Below are positions 17,386 to 27,591 of a stretch of DNA of 64,000 nt, in pieces. A model generated the notes under the pieces. It was not told where the DNA came from and did no database searches. It saw only the letters and a program-made list of their open reading frames with translations. The translations under genes and the position numbers were made by a program. Position 1 is the stretch's first letter; every line of letters begins with the position of its first letter. Source of the stretch: Chitinophagaceae bacterium (GTDB lineage Bacteria > Bacteroidota > Bacteroidia > Chitinophagales > Chitinophagaceae); the NCBI GenBank assembly GCA_009996675.1, contig JAACZQ010000005.1, positions 7,948-71,947 of the forward strand, in the 5' to 3' direction.

Positions 17386-19878
17386 CTATATCTTCTTATT
17401 CATTTGATACACCAACAAACGTAATGCATTAAAGACAACTACTAACGTCGATCCTTCGTGCGCAATTACAGCTGGGCCAATACTCGCAATACCAAGAATT
17501 GTAAGTGGTATCAATATGGCCACCATTCCAAGACTGATAAACAGATTTTGCCTGATAATCGACTTCGCCTTTCGACTTAGGCCGATTGCGAATGGTAGTA
17601 ACAGGAGCTTGTCGCCCATGAGCGCGATATCAGCAGTTTCTAATGCCACATCGCTACCCGCAGCACCCATAGCAATACCTACCGTACTTTTCGCCATAGC
17701 CGGTGCGTCATTTACGCCATCGCCAACCATCGCAACTTTGCCTTCTTGTCCGGCCAGCTGTTCTATCGCTTCCACTTTTTGTTCGGGCAGTAATCCGCCT
17801 CTTGCTTCCGTTAATCCGATTTCTTTTGCAATTGCATCGCCTACTTTCTGATTGTCGCCGGTAAGCATGATCATTTTTTTGATGCCCGCTTGCTGCAATT
17901 CCTGCAATGCCTGTTTAGCTTCCGGCCTCGGCGTATCCATTATTGCAATGATCCCTACGTAGTCCTTGTTACGCCTGATCACCATAGTTGTGTTTCCAGC
18001 CGCCTCCAACTCACGGACTTTAGCGATCAATTCTTCGGTTGGTTTAGCATCATCGAGGCTTTCAAATAAGGCAAGGTTTCCGGCGAATACTTGATCGTTC
18101 CCTAAAGTCGCCTTAACTCCCTTCCCAAGCACAGCTTGCAGATCCTTTGCTTGGGGAACATTTTGGTCCTTTAATTTTTCCTTACCATCCCGAACTATCG
18201 CTTTCGCGATCGGGTGATCGCTGAGTGATTCTATACCCACAACCATTTTTAAGAGGTCTTCTTCCGAAAGATTATTAAGCGGAACAACCTGCGTAAGCTT
18301 AGGCTTTCCTTCTGTAAGTGTACCGGTCTTATCGAACGCGATCGCTGTGAGTGTACCAAGATCTTCCAGGGGTCTGCCTCCTTTAATAAGAACGCCGCTT
18401 CTTGCCGCACGTGCAACCCCACTTAAAACAGCGCTCGGTGTAGAAATTGCCAGTGCGCAAGGACTTGCTGCTACCAGGACCGCCATAGCCCGGTAAAAAC
18501 TGGCGCTGAATGGCTCATCAATCACCAAATAGGCGAAGCAAAGCAATACAACAAGTATAAGTACAGAAGGAACAAAATATTTCTCCAATTTGTCCGTAAA
18601 CTGCTGCGTTGGTGATTTCTGTGTCTGTGCTTCATTGACAAGTTTTACAAGGCGTGACAAAGTGGAATCTTTTGCTTCCTTGGTTACGCTTATTTCCAAT
18701 AAATCGTTCCCATTAATTGTTCCGGCAAATACGCGATGCTTCGCATCAACTTTATCTGCATTTTCAGATTTGAAATTTCCTGCATCTGGAACTGCTTCTT
18801 TATCTACCGGAATACTTTCGCCGGTAATAGGAGCCTGGTTGACACTGCTTTTACCTGTAACAATAACTCCATCAGCAGAAACTTTGGTATTCGGTTTTAT
18901 TACAATCACATCACCCAATTTCAATTCCTCAATTTTCACTTCTGTTGTTTGTCCATCCTTTTTAAGCAGTGCTGTTTTAGGTGCCAGTTCTGTTAAAGCC
19001 GCAATAGACTTGCGCGCTTTTTCCATTGCATAGTGTTCAAGGGAATGTCCCAGGCTGAACAGGAATAGTAATAACGCACCTTCCATCCAGTTATCTAAAA
19101 CAGCTGCGCCTATTGCCGCAACGAGCATCAAAAAATCGATCTCGAAGCCTCCCTTCATGATTGTTTGAATTGCTTCTTTGGCAGTAAAAAAGCCACCAAA
19201 GAAATAAGCGATCATGTACAGGATTTCAACTGTTATTTCTGAAACATTTGTCAGTTTAGATAATGCAAATCCTAATCCTAAAAACAGACCGCACAGTATG
19301 CTGAAAATTAGCTCAGTGTTTTTACCGAATATTCCACCATGCGAATGCCCTTCTTCTCCTTCTTCCTCACCATGATCATGCTCATGCTTTCCTTCCGGAT
19401 GTGAATGATCATCATGTTTTGGTTTTGCCTGTTTAGTAGGCAGACTTACGCCGGTTTTTTCAATCAACTCTTTTACTTTCTTTTCCGATATCTCTTTAGA
19501 GTCGAATTCTATCAGTACCATTCCGCTTGCTGAAGCAGAAACAGATAGAATTCCTTTGTTATGCTTTAATCCTGCCTCTATCAGTCTGGTTTGCCGTTGA
19601 TGACGAATGCCGTTTACTTCTACCAATAAGTGTTTGTAACGATCGGTAATTTTAGCGCCTGCTTCACGCGCAATCTGCTGTACACGATCCAGGGTGATTA
19701 CGTTTGGATCATAGTGAAAGCACAGTTGCGCTTTTGTGGTGTCTGTTTCAGGAACGATATGTACTTTATCTATTCCCTGTCGTCCTTCCAGTTCTGAGAT
19801 AATGCGGTTCACACAGGCATCTTTTTCATCGGGAACATTGGGAAGTAGTATATCGAGGTCTATTTTAAGTTTTTCCAT
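17386..19878 (-). CDS. P1B-4-type heavy-metal (Zn/Cd/Co) translocating P-type ATPase
   Basis: TGES, SPC, DKTGTLT, SDHP, GDGVNDAP and HEGST motifs; N-terminal ferredoxin-like repeats and a His-rich linker. Confidence 0.93.
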   Translation of the reverse strand: MEKLKIDLDILLPNVPDEKDACVNRIISELEGRQGIDKVHIVPETDTTKAQLCFHYDPNVITLDRVQQIAREAGAKITDRYKHLLVEVNGIRHQRQTRLIEAGLKHNKGILSVSASASGMVLIEFDSKEISEKKVKELIEKTGVSLPTKQAKPKHDDHSHPEGKHEHDHGEEEGEEGHSHGGIFGKNTELIFSILCGLFLGLGFALSKLTNVSEITVEILYMIAYFFGGFFTAKEAIQTIMKGGFEIDFLMLVAAIGAAVLDNWMEGALLLFLFSLGHSLEHYAMEKARKSIAALTELAPKTALLKKDGQTTEVKIEELKLGDVIVIKPNTKVSADGVIVTGKSSVNQAPITGESIPVDKEAVPDAGNFKSENADKVDAKHRVFAGTINGNDLLEISVTKEAKDSTLSRLVKLVNEAQTQKSPTQQFTDKLEKYFVPSVLILVVLLCFAYLVIDEPFSASFYRAMAVLVAASPCALAISTPSAVLSGVARAARSGVLIKGGRPLEDLGTLTAIAFDKTGTLTEGKPKLTQVVPLNNLSEEDLLKMVVGIESLSDHPIAKAIVRDGKEKLKDQNVPQAKDLQAVLGKGVKATLGNDQVFAGNLALFESLDDAKPTEELIAKVRELEAAGNTTMVIRRNKDYVGIIAIMDTPRPEAKQALQELQQAGIKKMIMLTGDNQKVGDAIAKEIGLTEARGGLLPEQKVEAIEQLAGQEGKVAMVGDGVNDAPAMAKSTVGIAMGAAGSDVALETADIALMGDKLLLLPFAIGLSRKAKSIIRQNLFISLGMVAILIPLTILGIASIGPAVIAHEGSTLVVVFNALRLLVYQMNKKI

Positions 19879-19901
19879 GATATATTTTTTAATGGGTTAA
19901 T

Positions 19902-21083
19902 TTATTCTTCTTCTACACTATTAGTCATTTTGGCGAGGATAAAAAACGCGCCTTTAACGACAATCTTGCTCGTAGCTGGCACCGCTTTAAGCGGCGTGAT
20001 CTCGCTATAACCAATATCAGTTGTGCCTTTTGCCACGGGAATCCTTTCAAATTGAACCGTTGCCGCAGAGTCATTGCCTGATCTGCTGCTTTCAATAAAA
20101 ATGTAGTCCCTGCCTTGAAAGCTCACAATCGCATCCACCGGGACAGCATCCATTGTTGCTTTGCCTAAACTTACGCTGGCTGTGATATTCATTCCGTCAA
20201 TCAGCCCGGTTTTGTTGCCTTGTACCATTGCATGAACAGGTATGGTTTTGCTACCTGCTTCAAAGGCGGAACCAATGGAGAAAATACGTGCGTCATATTC
20301 CCGTCCCGGATCGTTGGTGATCGTAAAATGGATCAGCTGGTTTTCCTTCAGTCTTTTCCAATCCTTTTCATATACGAAAAGATCGAGGTGCAACTGACTG
20401 TTATCGACAATCTCCGCTATTGCGTTATTTGCATCCACAAAACTTCCGATTTTAGCAATCACGTTACTGACAACACCACCAATCGGCGCTTTGATCTCTA
20501 AAGTAGTGATCATATTGCCGTTGGTTAAACCCGCAGCATCTACATTCATCAGTTGCAGTTGTTTTTGCAAAGAAGCATGTCTGGTACGCAAGCCTTTTAA
20601 ATCTGCTTCCGCCTGCTGCAGGTTTTTAAGCGCTCCCGCATTGCCGGTATTCAGTTCACGTTGCCGTGCAAATTCAAGTTCTGCCATTTTGATTTTACTA
20701 TCGAGTGTCAGGTATTCTTCCTGCATCTGGATATACTGCGGATTGGCAATGGTCGCAATCGTTTGCCCCTTTCGTACATAGCTACCTGTTTGAACCAGTA
20801 AAGTTTTGACAACACCGGAATACAGTGAATTGACAATAGCCTTATTCTGATTGGGAACATTTAAGACCCCATTGGACCTAAGCGATGCTGTCAGTTGCTT
20901 TTGCTCGATCGTGCCAAACGATACACCGATGGTTTTTAATTGCTTTTCTGTAAGCGTTGTAAATGCCGATGAATCTGCAGATTTATTTTCTTTCTTTTCC
21001 GCTTCTTTTTCAGTCTTTCCCTTGCAGGAAACAAGACTGATAAGGAAGCCCGAAATAATAATTCCTATGGTTATTTTCTTCAT
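19902..21083 (-). CDS. czcB: CzcB-like RND periplasmic adaptor (lipoprotein)
   Basis: Lipobox LVSC, barrel-sandwich hybrid and coiled hairpin; 2 nt downstream of czcA. Confidence 0.88.
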   Translation of the reverse strand: MKKITIGIIISGFLISLVSCKGKTEKEAEKKENKSADSSAFTTLTEKQLKTIGVSFGTIEQKQLTASLRSNGVLNVPNQNKAIVNSLYSGVVKTLLVQTGSYVRKGQTIATIANPQYIQMQEEYLTLDSKIKMAELEFARQRELNTGNAGALKNLQQAEADLKGLRTRHASLQKQLQLMNVDAAGLTNGNMITTLEIKAPIGGVVSNVIAKIGSFVDANNAIAEIVDNSQLHLDLFVYEKDWKRLKENQLIHFTITNDPGREYDARIFSIGSAFEAGSKTIPVHAMVQGNKTGLIDGMNITASVSLGKATMDAVPVDAIVSFQGRDYIFIESSRSGNDSAATVQFERIPVAKGTTDIGYSEITPLKAVPATSKIVVKGAFFILAKMTNSVEEE

Positions 21084-21085
21084 GA

Positions 21086-24000
21086 TTATTGATTTAGATA
21101 GTAGAGGTATTGGATAGCTGAATGGTTATACTGATCGAGATTTTCAAGATAACTTTTGCGGATATCTATCGCTTGTGCAAGGTACTGGCTCAGCGCCGCA
21201 AAACTTATTTCTCCGCTTCGGTAGCTTAACGTGGCTGCTTTAATGATCTCATCTGCCTGTGAAAGACCGGTCGATTGATAGTAATTCAGCATCGTGTTAT
21301 TCTTTGCGATGTCTGCGATTGCTTTTTGTTTCGCGCCTGCGAATTGTTGCGTCTGGTAGGCAAGCGTTTTTTCCTGCACCTGGAATTCGGCCTGTGCAGA
21401 GCGCACTTTACTACGCGATGCTCCCGTGCCGAATAATGGGAAAGCTGCCGTAACAGAAAAACCGGTATAAGGATCACTTATGCCATACAACCTTTGCGAA
21501 AAGAATCTTCCTGAAAACTCCGGTTTGTTTTGATTCTGCTGCACCGAAATATTTGCATCAGCAATATTTACTTTCTGTTGCTGAAGTAATAATTCGGGGT
21601 GCAGGGAAGAATCACTTAATGAAAGTGCTATTCTCGTGAGTGAAGTTTGCAACGGGAGCGAAGGGAAAGGCCGACCGAGTAACATCATCAATTGCTGTTG
21701 CTCCATCACGATCTCGTTTGCCTGTTGGTCAATCAGTGCGCGTGTTTCTTTCATCTTAGCCTCCGCAGCGATCCTGTCAATACCTGCCGTTTCTCCGGTG
21801 CGCTGCTTTACAGCAGACGCATCACTGATTGCCGTGTAGATACTATCGAGCCGTTGAAACAGAGTTCGTCTTTCTACTAGGTACCATAGCTTATAATACG
21901 AATCCCTTACATCTCTTCGGATGATGGCGCTCAGTGTATTTGTATTTAACTCGTAATACTTCGCTTGCTCTGTAAAGTATTTTTTTCTTGCTGCATACAA
22001 ACCCGGCCATGCAATGGATTGTGATACGCCCATTTTCAGGATGCCTTTGTTATCACTTGGACGCAGATCCTCGTTTTCTGCAAATACACCTGTTTTGGGG
22101 ATATCCGCAGCGGTCTTGATGTCAAGTCTTGCGCGGGTGATTTCCGCCTGGTTGACCGCGAACTGCAAATTGTTTTTCATCGCAGTATCGATAGCGGCCT
22201 GCAGGCTGATACGTTCCTGCGATTTTCCGGCCAGCGGCGAAAGGAAAGCCAACGCAACAATCATTGCTATTGGTAAATTCTTCATGGTTTTTCTTTTTAA
22301 CGTGAATAGCAGATACAAACACGGCAGCACGACCAGCGTTAAAAATGTGGCCGACACCAATCCACCAATGACAACGGTCGCAAGCGGCTTTTGCACTTCC
22401 GCACCAGCGCCGGTGGAAAGTGCCATAGGTAAAAATCCGAGCGATGCCACTGTCGCCGTCATAAGTACCGGGCGTAATCTAATGCGCGTCCCCTCCAGAA
22501 CACGGGCAAGTGGATCGTGCATGCCTTCTTTTTGTAACTGGTTGAATGTGCTGATGAGTACAATACCATTCAATACTGCAACGCCGAACAGCGCGATAAA
22601 GCCAACGCCAGCTGAAATACTAAATGGCATTCCACGGAGCATCAATGCGAATACGCCGCCGATAGCACTCATCGGTATTGCGGTGAAGATGAGTGTCGCT
22701 TCCTTGAATGAACGGAAGGTTAGGTACAGCATAAAATAAATGAGCAGTAGCGCCAATGGTACAACGATCATCAGGCGCGATGACGCCTGTTGTAAATTTT
22801 CAAATGTTCCACCGTAGGTATAATAGTATCCTGCAGGCAGGACAGATGCTTTTGAAAGTTTTGCTTCAATATCTTTCACCACACTTTGTACATCGCGGCC
22901 TTTCACGTTAAAACCAATAACTACCCGTCTTTTACCGGCTTCGCGGCTGATCTGCGCCGGACCTACTTTGAAGGCAACGGTTGCAATTTGAGATAGCGGT
23001 ATTTGGTTTCCTTTATTCGTTGCAATAAACAGGCTGCTTACATCATCAATTGATGTTCGGCTTGTGCTATCAAGTCTCACCACTAAATCAAATTTCCGCT
23101 CGTTCTCAAACACAACACCTGCGGCTTCTCCGGCAAAGGCTGTGCTGATCGTCCGGTTTACATCTTCCACGCTGATGCTATAATTAGCCAGACGCGCACG
23201 GTCGTACTGAACGGTGATCTGTGGCAAGCCTGTTGTCTTTTCTACCTGCGGTTCAGAAACACCATTTACATCACTGATAATGGATGCCGTTTTTTGCGCA
23301 AGGCTTGCCAGCGTATCGATATTCTCGCCGAAAATTTTGATCGCTACATCCTGGCGAACACCTGTCATCAACTCGTTAAAACGCATCTGTATCGGTTGAT
23401 TGTACTCAAAGAAAACACCCGGAATAACCGATAATTTTTCCAGCATCCGGTTAGCGAGTTCTTTGTAGTCTTTGGTTGTTGTCCAGTCCTTTTTGTCTTT
23501 GAGCGTAATGACCAGATCACTTGCTTCAGGCGGCATGGGGTCAGTTGGAATTTCTGCACTGCCTGTCCTGCCGACAACACTGATCACTTCAGGAAACTCT
23601 TTGATGATACGCGAAGCCTGCATAGATGTTTCAATACTTTGCGCTAAAGAGGTTCCTTGCGGAAGGATACAATGAAACGCATAATCACCTTCTTCGAGTT
23701 GCGGGATAAATTCTCCACCCATACGACTAAATAAGAAAACACAGAGAGCGACCAGCGCAACTGCTATGCCAACCACCCATACACGGACACGTATTGCGCC
23801 ACGTAACAGCGGTGCGTATAAGCGTTGCAAGAAATCCATCAGTTTGTCCGACCAGGTTCTTTTATGAAGCGATTGTTTCGGTAAAAAGAGCGCACTCATC
23901 ATCGGGATATAGGTCAGTGAAAGTATAAGCGCTCCCAAAATGGCGAAGGCCACTGTTTTTGCCATTGGTGTAAACATCTTTCCCTCGATGCCCTGCAACG

Positions 24001-25393
24001 AAAGAATAGGGAGATATACAATCAGAATAATGATTTGTCCGAAAGCTGCTGAACTCATCATGCGGCTTGAGCTTTCACGGACGGCTGAATCCATTTCACG
24101 CTGCGATAATTTCTCATGATTCGTTCGCTCAGCGAGTAAGTGCAATGTGGCTTCAACAATGATCACGGCGCCATCCACGATCAGTCCGAAATCAATAGCA
24201 CCCAAACTCATCAAATTGGCGCTGACGCCAAACAACCGCATCATACTCAGTGCAAACAATAGCGACAAAGGAATTGCGGATGCAACGATCAACCCCGCAC
24301 GAATATTTCCTAAGAAAACAACGAGAACAAAAATGACAATTAGCGCGCCTTCCACAAGATTCTTTTCTACCGTTCCGATAGCGCGATTCACAAGCCCTGT
24401 CCGGTCAATAAATGGCTCAACCTCTATATCTGCCGGAAGCGATTGTTTGATCGTTTCCATTTTTTTCTTCACGGCTTTAATCACCTCTGCACTGTTCGCA
24501 CCTTTCAGCATCATCACTACGCCACCTACAGCCTCTTTTTCTCCGTTGAATGTTAACGCGCCATACCGTACAGCATTTCCAAACTGTACCTCTGCTACAT
24601 CGCGAATCAAAACAGGTACACCGTTTCCATTATTTTTTACAGAGATGGCACGGATATCATCGAGTGAATTTACCAGCCCGATCCCGCGAATGAAATAAGC
24701 ATTTGGGCGTTTATCGATATAAGCGCCGCCGGTGTTTTGATTGTTCTTTTCAAGGGCTGTAAAAATTTCCTGCATCGTCACGTCCATCGCCTTTAAGCGA
24801 TTTGGGTTGAGAGCGACTTCATATTGTTTTAATAAGCCGCCGTAGCTGTTTACTTCAGCGATACCAGGTGTTCCATATAATTGACGAGCAACGATCCAAT
24901 CCTGCATCGTGCGCAGGTCCATCGCCGAATATTTTGATTCAGCGCCCTTCTTAGGGTGAATGACATATTGATAAATATCACCGAGACCTGTACTTACAGG
25001 AGCAAGTTCAGGCTTACCCATGCCTTTGGGTATTTTTTCCGCTGTTTCCTGCAGCTTCTCGTTGATCAGCTGGCGGGCGAAATAAATATTTACATCGTCT
25101 TTGAAAACAACAGTGATCACAGACAGGCCAAAGCGTGAAATAGAACGCATTTCTTCCAGGTCAGGAAGATTGGCAAGACTTTGTTCGATAGGAAAGGTGA
25201 CAAATTGTTCCACTTCCTGCGAAGCGAGTGTAGGCGAAAGCGTAATCACCTGCACTTGATTATTGGTTATATCAGGAACAGCATCAACGGGTAGGCGGCT
25301 GGCACTCCAAACGCCCCAGACAATCAATGCAAGTGTGAAAACTGCAATGATGATCTTGTTCTTGATGCTGAACTGAATGATCTTATTCAGCAT
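21086..25393 (-). CDS. czcA: CzcA/CusA heavy-metal RND pump fused to a C-terminal TolC-like domain
   Basis: DAVPDITNNQVQV, GAIDFGLIVDGAV and RLRPVLMTA motifs; ~400-aa C-terminal outer-membrane efflux-like extension. Confidence 0.93.
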   Translation of the reverse strand: MLNKIIQFSIKNKIIIAVFTLALIVWGVWSASRLPVDAVPDITNNQVQVITLSPTLASQEVEQFVTFPIEQSLANLPDLEEMRSISRFGLSVITVVFKDDVNIYFARQLINEKLQETAEKIPKGMGKPELAPVSTGLGDIYQYVIHPKKGAESKYSAMDLRTMQDWIVARQLYGTPGIAEVNSYGGLLKQYEVALNPNRLKAMDVTMQEIFTALEKNNQNTGGAYIDKRPNAYFIRGIGLVNSLDDIRAISVKNNGNGVPVLIRDVAEVQFGNAVRYGALTFNGEKEAVGGVVMMLKGANSAEVIKAVKKKMETIKQSLPADIEVEPFIDRTGLVNRAIGTVEKNLVEGALIVIFVLVVFLGNIRAGLIVASAIPLSLLFALSMMRLFGVSANLMSLGAIDFGLIVDGAVIIVEATLHLLAERTNHEKLSQREMDSAVRESSSRMMSSAAFGQIIILIVYLPILSLQGIEGKMFTPMAKTVAFAILGALILSLTYIPMMSALFLPKQSLHKRTWSDKLMDFLQRLYAPLLRGAIRVRVWVVGIAVALVALCVFLFSRMGGEFIPQLEEGDYAFHCILPQGTSLAQSIETSMQASRIIKEFPEVISVVGRTGSAEIPTDPMPPEASDLVITLKDKKDWTTTKDYKELANRMLEKLSVIPGVFFEYNQPIQMRFNELMTGVRQDVAIKIFGENIDTLASLAQKTASIISDVNGVSEPQVEKTTGLPQITVQYDRARLANYSISVEDVNRTISTAFAGEAAGVVFENERKFDLVVRLDSTSRTSIDDVSSLFIATNKGNQIPLSQIATVAFKVGPAQISREAGKRRVVIGFNVKGRDVQSVVKDIEAKLSKASVLPAGYYYTYGGTFENLQQASSRLMIVVPLALLLIYFMLYLTFRSFKEATLIFTAIPMSAIGGVFALMLRGMPFSISAGVGFIALFGVAVLNGIVLISTFNQLQKEGMHDPLARVLEGTRIRLRPVLMTATVASLGFLPMALSTGAGAEVQKPLATVVIGGLVSATFLTLVVLPCLYLLFTLKRKTMKNLPIAMIVALAFLSPLAGKSQERISLQAAIDTAMKNNLQFAVNQAEITRARLDIKTAADIPKTGVFAENEDLRPSDNKGILKMGVSQSIAWPGLYAARKKYFTEQAKYYELNTNTLSAIIRRDVRDSYYKLWYLVERRTLFQRLDSIYTAISDASAVKQRTGETAGIDRIAAEAKMKETRALIDQQANEIVMEQQQLMMLLGRPFPSLPLQTSLTRIALSLSDSSLHPELLLQQQKVNIADANISVQQNQNKPEFSGRFFSQRLYGISDPYTGFSVTAAFPLFGTGASRSKVRSAQAEFQVQEKTLAYQTQQFAGAKQKAIADIAKNNTMLNYYQSTGLSQADEIIKAATLSYRSGEISFAALSQYLAQAIDIRKSYLENLDQYNHSAIQYLYYLNQ

Positions 25394-25472
25394 TTATCCA
25401 AGTTTAATGATAATGGTACACGGGTTTACTTGAGCCTGTTATAGACCCAACACATAGTCAGTAAAGAATGGA

Positions 25473-25799
25473 TTAAGCCCGTGGAGGCTGCCAGATAGTA
25501 CCCTGATAGGAAGAAAGATGAAAATTGTCCTCTGCAGCAACAGGTTTTGCGGGAGGTGTTTCTATTGTTTGTGTTTGAAAGGCGACAGTCTTTGCGGAGA
25601 AATTAAAACCGGCGCAATGATGGCAGTTGAAGAAAGGTGAACAGCTACCGCAGCCATCTTTATCGCCCCCTTGATGGGTATTGGTTTGACAGGCAATTTC
25701 AGATTGTTCGCGGTCTTCCGGGCAATTGTCGAACGCACAACACGGCAACACCGTAAGGAGCATTAAATAAAAAGACAATATCGCTGTCGCAACGCGCAT
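25473..25799 (-). CDS. DUF6660-like Cys/His-rich small protein
   Basis: VLPCCAFDNC...CGSCSPFFNCHHC...IWQPPRA pattern typical upstream of Bacteroidota czcA; TAATTTTG -7 box a few nt before the ATG. Confidence 0.75.
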   Translation of the reverse strand: MRVATAILSFYLMLLTVLPCCAFDNCPEDREQSEIACQTNTHQGGDKDGCGSCSPFFNCHHCAGFNFSAKTVAFQTQTIETPPAKPVAAEDNFHLSSYQGTIWQPPRA

Positions 25800-25881
25800 G
25801 GTGCAAAATTACGTCATTCTTCCAGGTTTATCTATCCGTTTTTTGCTCGGTGGTTGCAAACTGTATATTACTATGATACCC

Positions 25882-27123
25882 CTACTTAGCTGCCGAATCA
25901 GCGGAATTTTCTTTCATAAACCCTAAAAGCGATTCGCTATGCTTTTTCTTCATATCATCTTCGAAACTGTCGAGATAGTGGGCAGTAGTTAAAATTGAGC
26001 TATGTCCAAGCGACTCGGAAATAAACTCAATACTTGCACCAGACCGTTTTAATACTGTAGAAAATGAATGTCTGGCAGTATAAGTCGTCAGCGGCTTTTC
26101 TAATTTCAGTTCGTCTGATATACACTTCAATCCTTTATTAATTCGCCAGATCAAATCTTTAACTCTTTCACGCTCCTGTGGTGAAGTCAGGCCAGCTTCC
26201 AGCACCGGGAATATATAGTTCTCTTTTGCTTTATTCCAGTTTCCCCATTTCTTCATGGTCAGACGCATTTCATCGTTAATCGAAATACTGATGACTTTCG
26301 GATTACTGCGCATAGCCCGACTTGTTTTAGCTCTTTCGAAATGTATAAAATCACCAGAGATATGTTTGAATTTTAAACGGGCGATATCTGCCATGTTGAT
26401 ACCATTTGCGAAATAGCTGAAAAACCAATACGCCTTTGCTTTTTCTTCTTGCGGAGTTTTCGGTTCGTAATAGAATATCTTACCGATGTCAGCAAGCGAC
26501 AATGCCTTTTTGACATTCCTACCTGTTGGTACGATGTAGCGCCGTTTTGAAAATGGATAATATTCTTTTGATATAAGATTTCGTTCTATGGCCTCATTGA
26601 AGATCGCCCGCAGTGAGCGTGTATAAATTCCAACAGTTGTTATTGAGTTACCTTGCTCCAGCATCCATTCTTCAAACTTGTACAGAAAGGCGGCATCAAC
26701 GTCTTCAAATCGTAGCCGTGGCTTAAACTTCAGCAGTTTCCGCAAGCTTAACTTGTAGTTTTCAGCAGTGCTAACACGATCCTCACGGTTAAACCGGTCA
26801 ATGACTTCGTTGAAGACCGTTTCTACAAAAGAACCGTCGTAGGATTTTTGAAGGAAGCGACGCTCAAAGACCGGAAAATTGAACGGTTTGATCTCTTTCA
26901 GTAGATGCACTGCTTTCGCCTCAGCCTCCGAAAGCGTGTCTTTTTTCGCCAGCAGTTCCGTTGGCACACGTTTCATAGATATCCGTTTAAACTCTTCTTC
27001 TGTCAGGCTAACGCCGGTTTCGTAGTATTTTGATCGGCGATCGCATGTAATTCGGACTTTAACCGGGTAAGTGCCAGTCACTTTTTTGCGTCTGGTATCG
27101 TGGAATAATTTAACTGTAATCAT
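25882..27123 (-). CDS. Tyrosine recombinase/integrase (arm-binding + SAM-like + catalytic)
   Basis: N-terminal YPVKVRIT arm domain; ADIAR, TYTARHSF and LGHSSILTTAHY catalytic motifs; adjacent to attR. Confidence 0.95.
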   Translation of the reverse strand: MITVKLFHDTRRKKVTGTYPVKVRITCDRRSKYYETGVSLTEEEFKRISMKRVPTELLAKKDTLSEAEAKAVHLLKEIKPFNFPVFERRFLQKSYDGSFVETVFNEVIDRFNREDRVSTAENYKLSLRKLLKFKPRLRFEDVDAAFLYKFEEWMLEQGNSITTVGIYTRSLRAIFNEAIERNLISKEYYPFSKRRYIVPTGRNVKKALSLADIGKIFYYEPKTPQEEKAKAYWFFSYFANGINMADIARLKFKHISGDFIHFERAKTSRAMRSNPKVISISINDEMRLTMKKWGNWNKAKENYIFPVLEAGLTSPQERERVKDLIWRINKGLKCISDELKLEKPLTTYTARHSFSTVLKRSGASIEFISESLGHSSILTTAHYLDSFEDDMKKKHSESLLGFMKENSADSAAK

Positions 27124-27170
27124 GGGACCCCCTGATTTTTGGGCATTGATTTATGAATAGAGATGGCTAA

Positions 27171-27253
27171 AATTTGCAAACAAAAACGGCCTAATCTGGT
27201 GGTCTCCCGAGGGGAAACATGGCGAAAAGTGTGCAAACAATTTGCAAACAAAA
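27171..27253 (+). repeat. Putative integrase arm-type sites (right)
   Basis: AATTTGCAAACAAAAAC at 27171 and TGTGCAAACAATTTGCAAACAAAA at 27230-27253. Confidence 0.65.
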
Positions 27254-27379
27254 GTACATTAAGCCGGTTTTCGGCCGGTAAAGATGTAATGCTAAAAAAT
27301 CGCTAAAACCCTTTGCCAGTAAGTGTTTCAGTGAATTTAGGTAACGTTGGGTAAAGTTGAGAAAAGGGCAAAAATGGCC

Positions 27380-27422
27380 CTCATAATCAGGGGGTCCCAG
27401 GATCATGCCCTGGTGGGCCCAC
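27380..27422 (+). repeat. attR core (duplicated tRNA 3' half)
   Basis: Exact 43-bp copy of 9904-9946, starting in the anticodon loop. Confidence 0.95.
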
Positions 27423-27423
27423 A

Positions 27424-27452
27424 AAGCGAAGATGATTGTCTTCGCTTTTTTT
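27424..27452 (+). terminator. Probable original tRNA terminator displaced by integration
   Basis: AAGCGAAGA-tgattg-TCTTCGCTT plus a T run immediately after attR. Confidence 0.7.
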
Positions 27453-27591
27453 TATACCATAAACCCCGACCCTCTATCGCTACAATATTATTAAGATGGG
27501 CTTTTTGTTGTAGTACAAGTGAGTGACACAACCGCCGTCCGGCTTTATTCACCCGCTCGGCTACACTCCTTTTTTTCTATATTTAACCTCC

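Larger units (their letters stand above)
9904..27422. mobile_element. Integrative mobilizable element (NBU/IME-like) in tRNA-Ile2 with heavy-metal cargo
   Basis: att direct repeats, tyrosine integrase, Xis-like HTH, primase, oriT-like hairpin, MobC and relaxase; no T4SS or coupling-protein genes. Confidence 0.92.

Noticed and set aside
9904-27422. Prophage or self-transmissible ICE
   Set aside because: No structural phage genes and no tra/T4SS/coupling protein; the content fits a mobilizable element.
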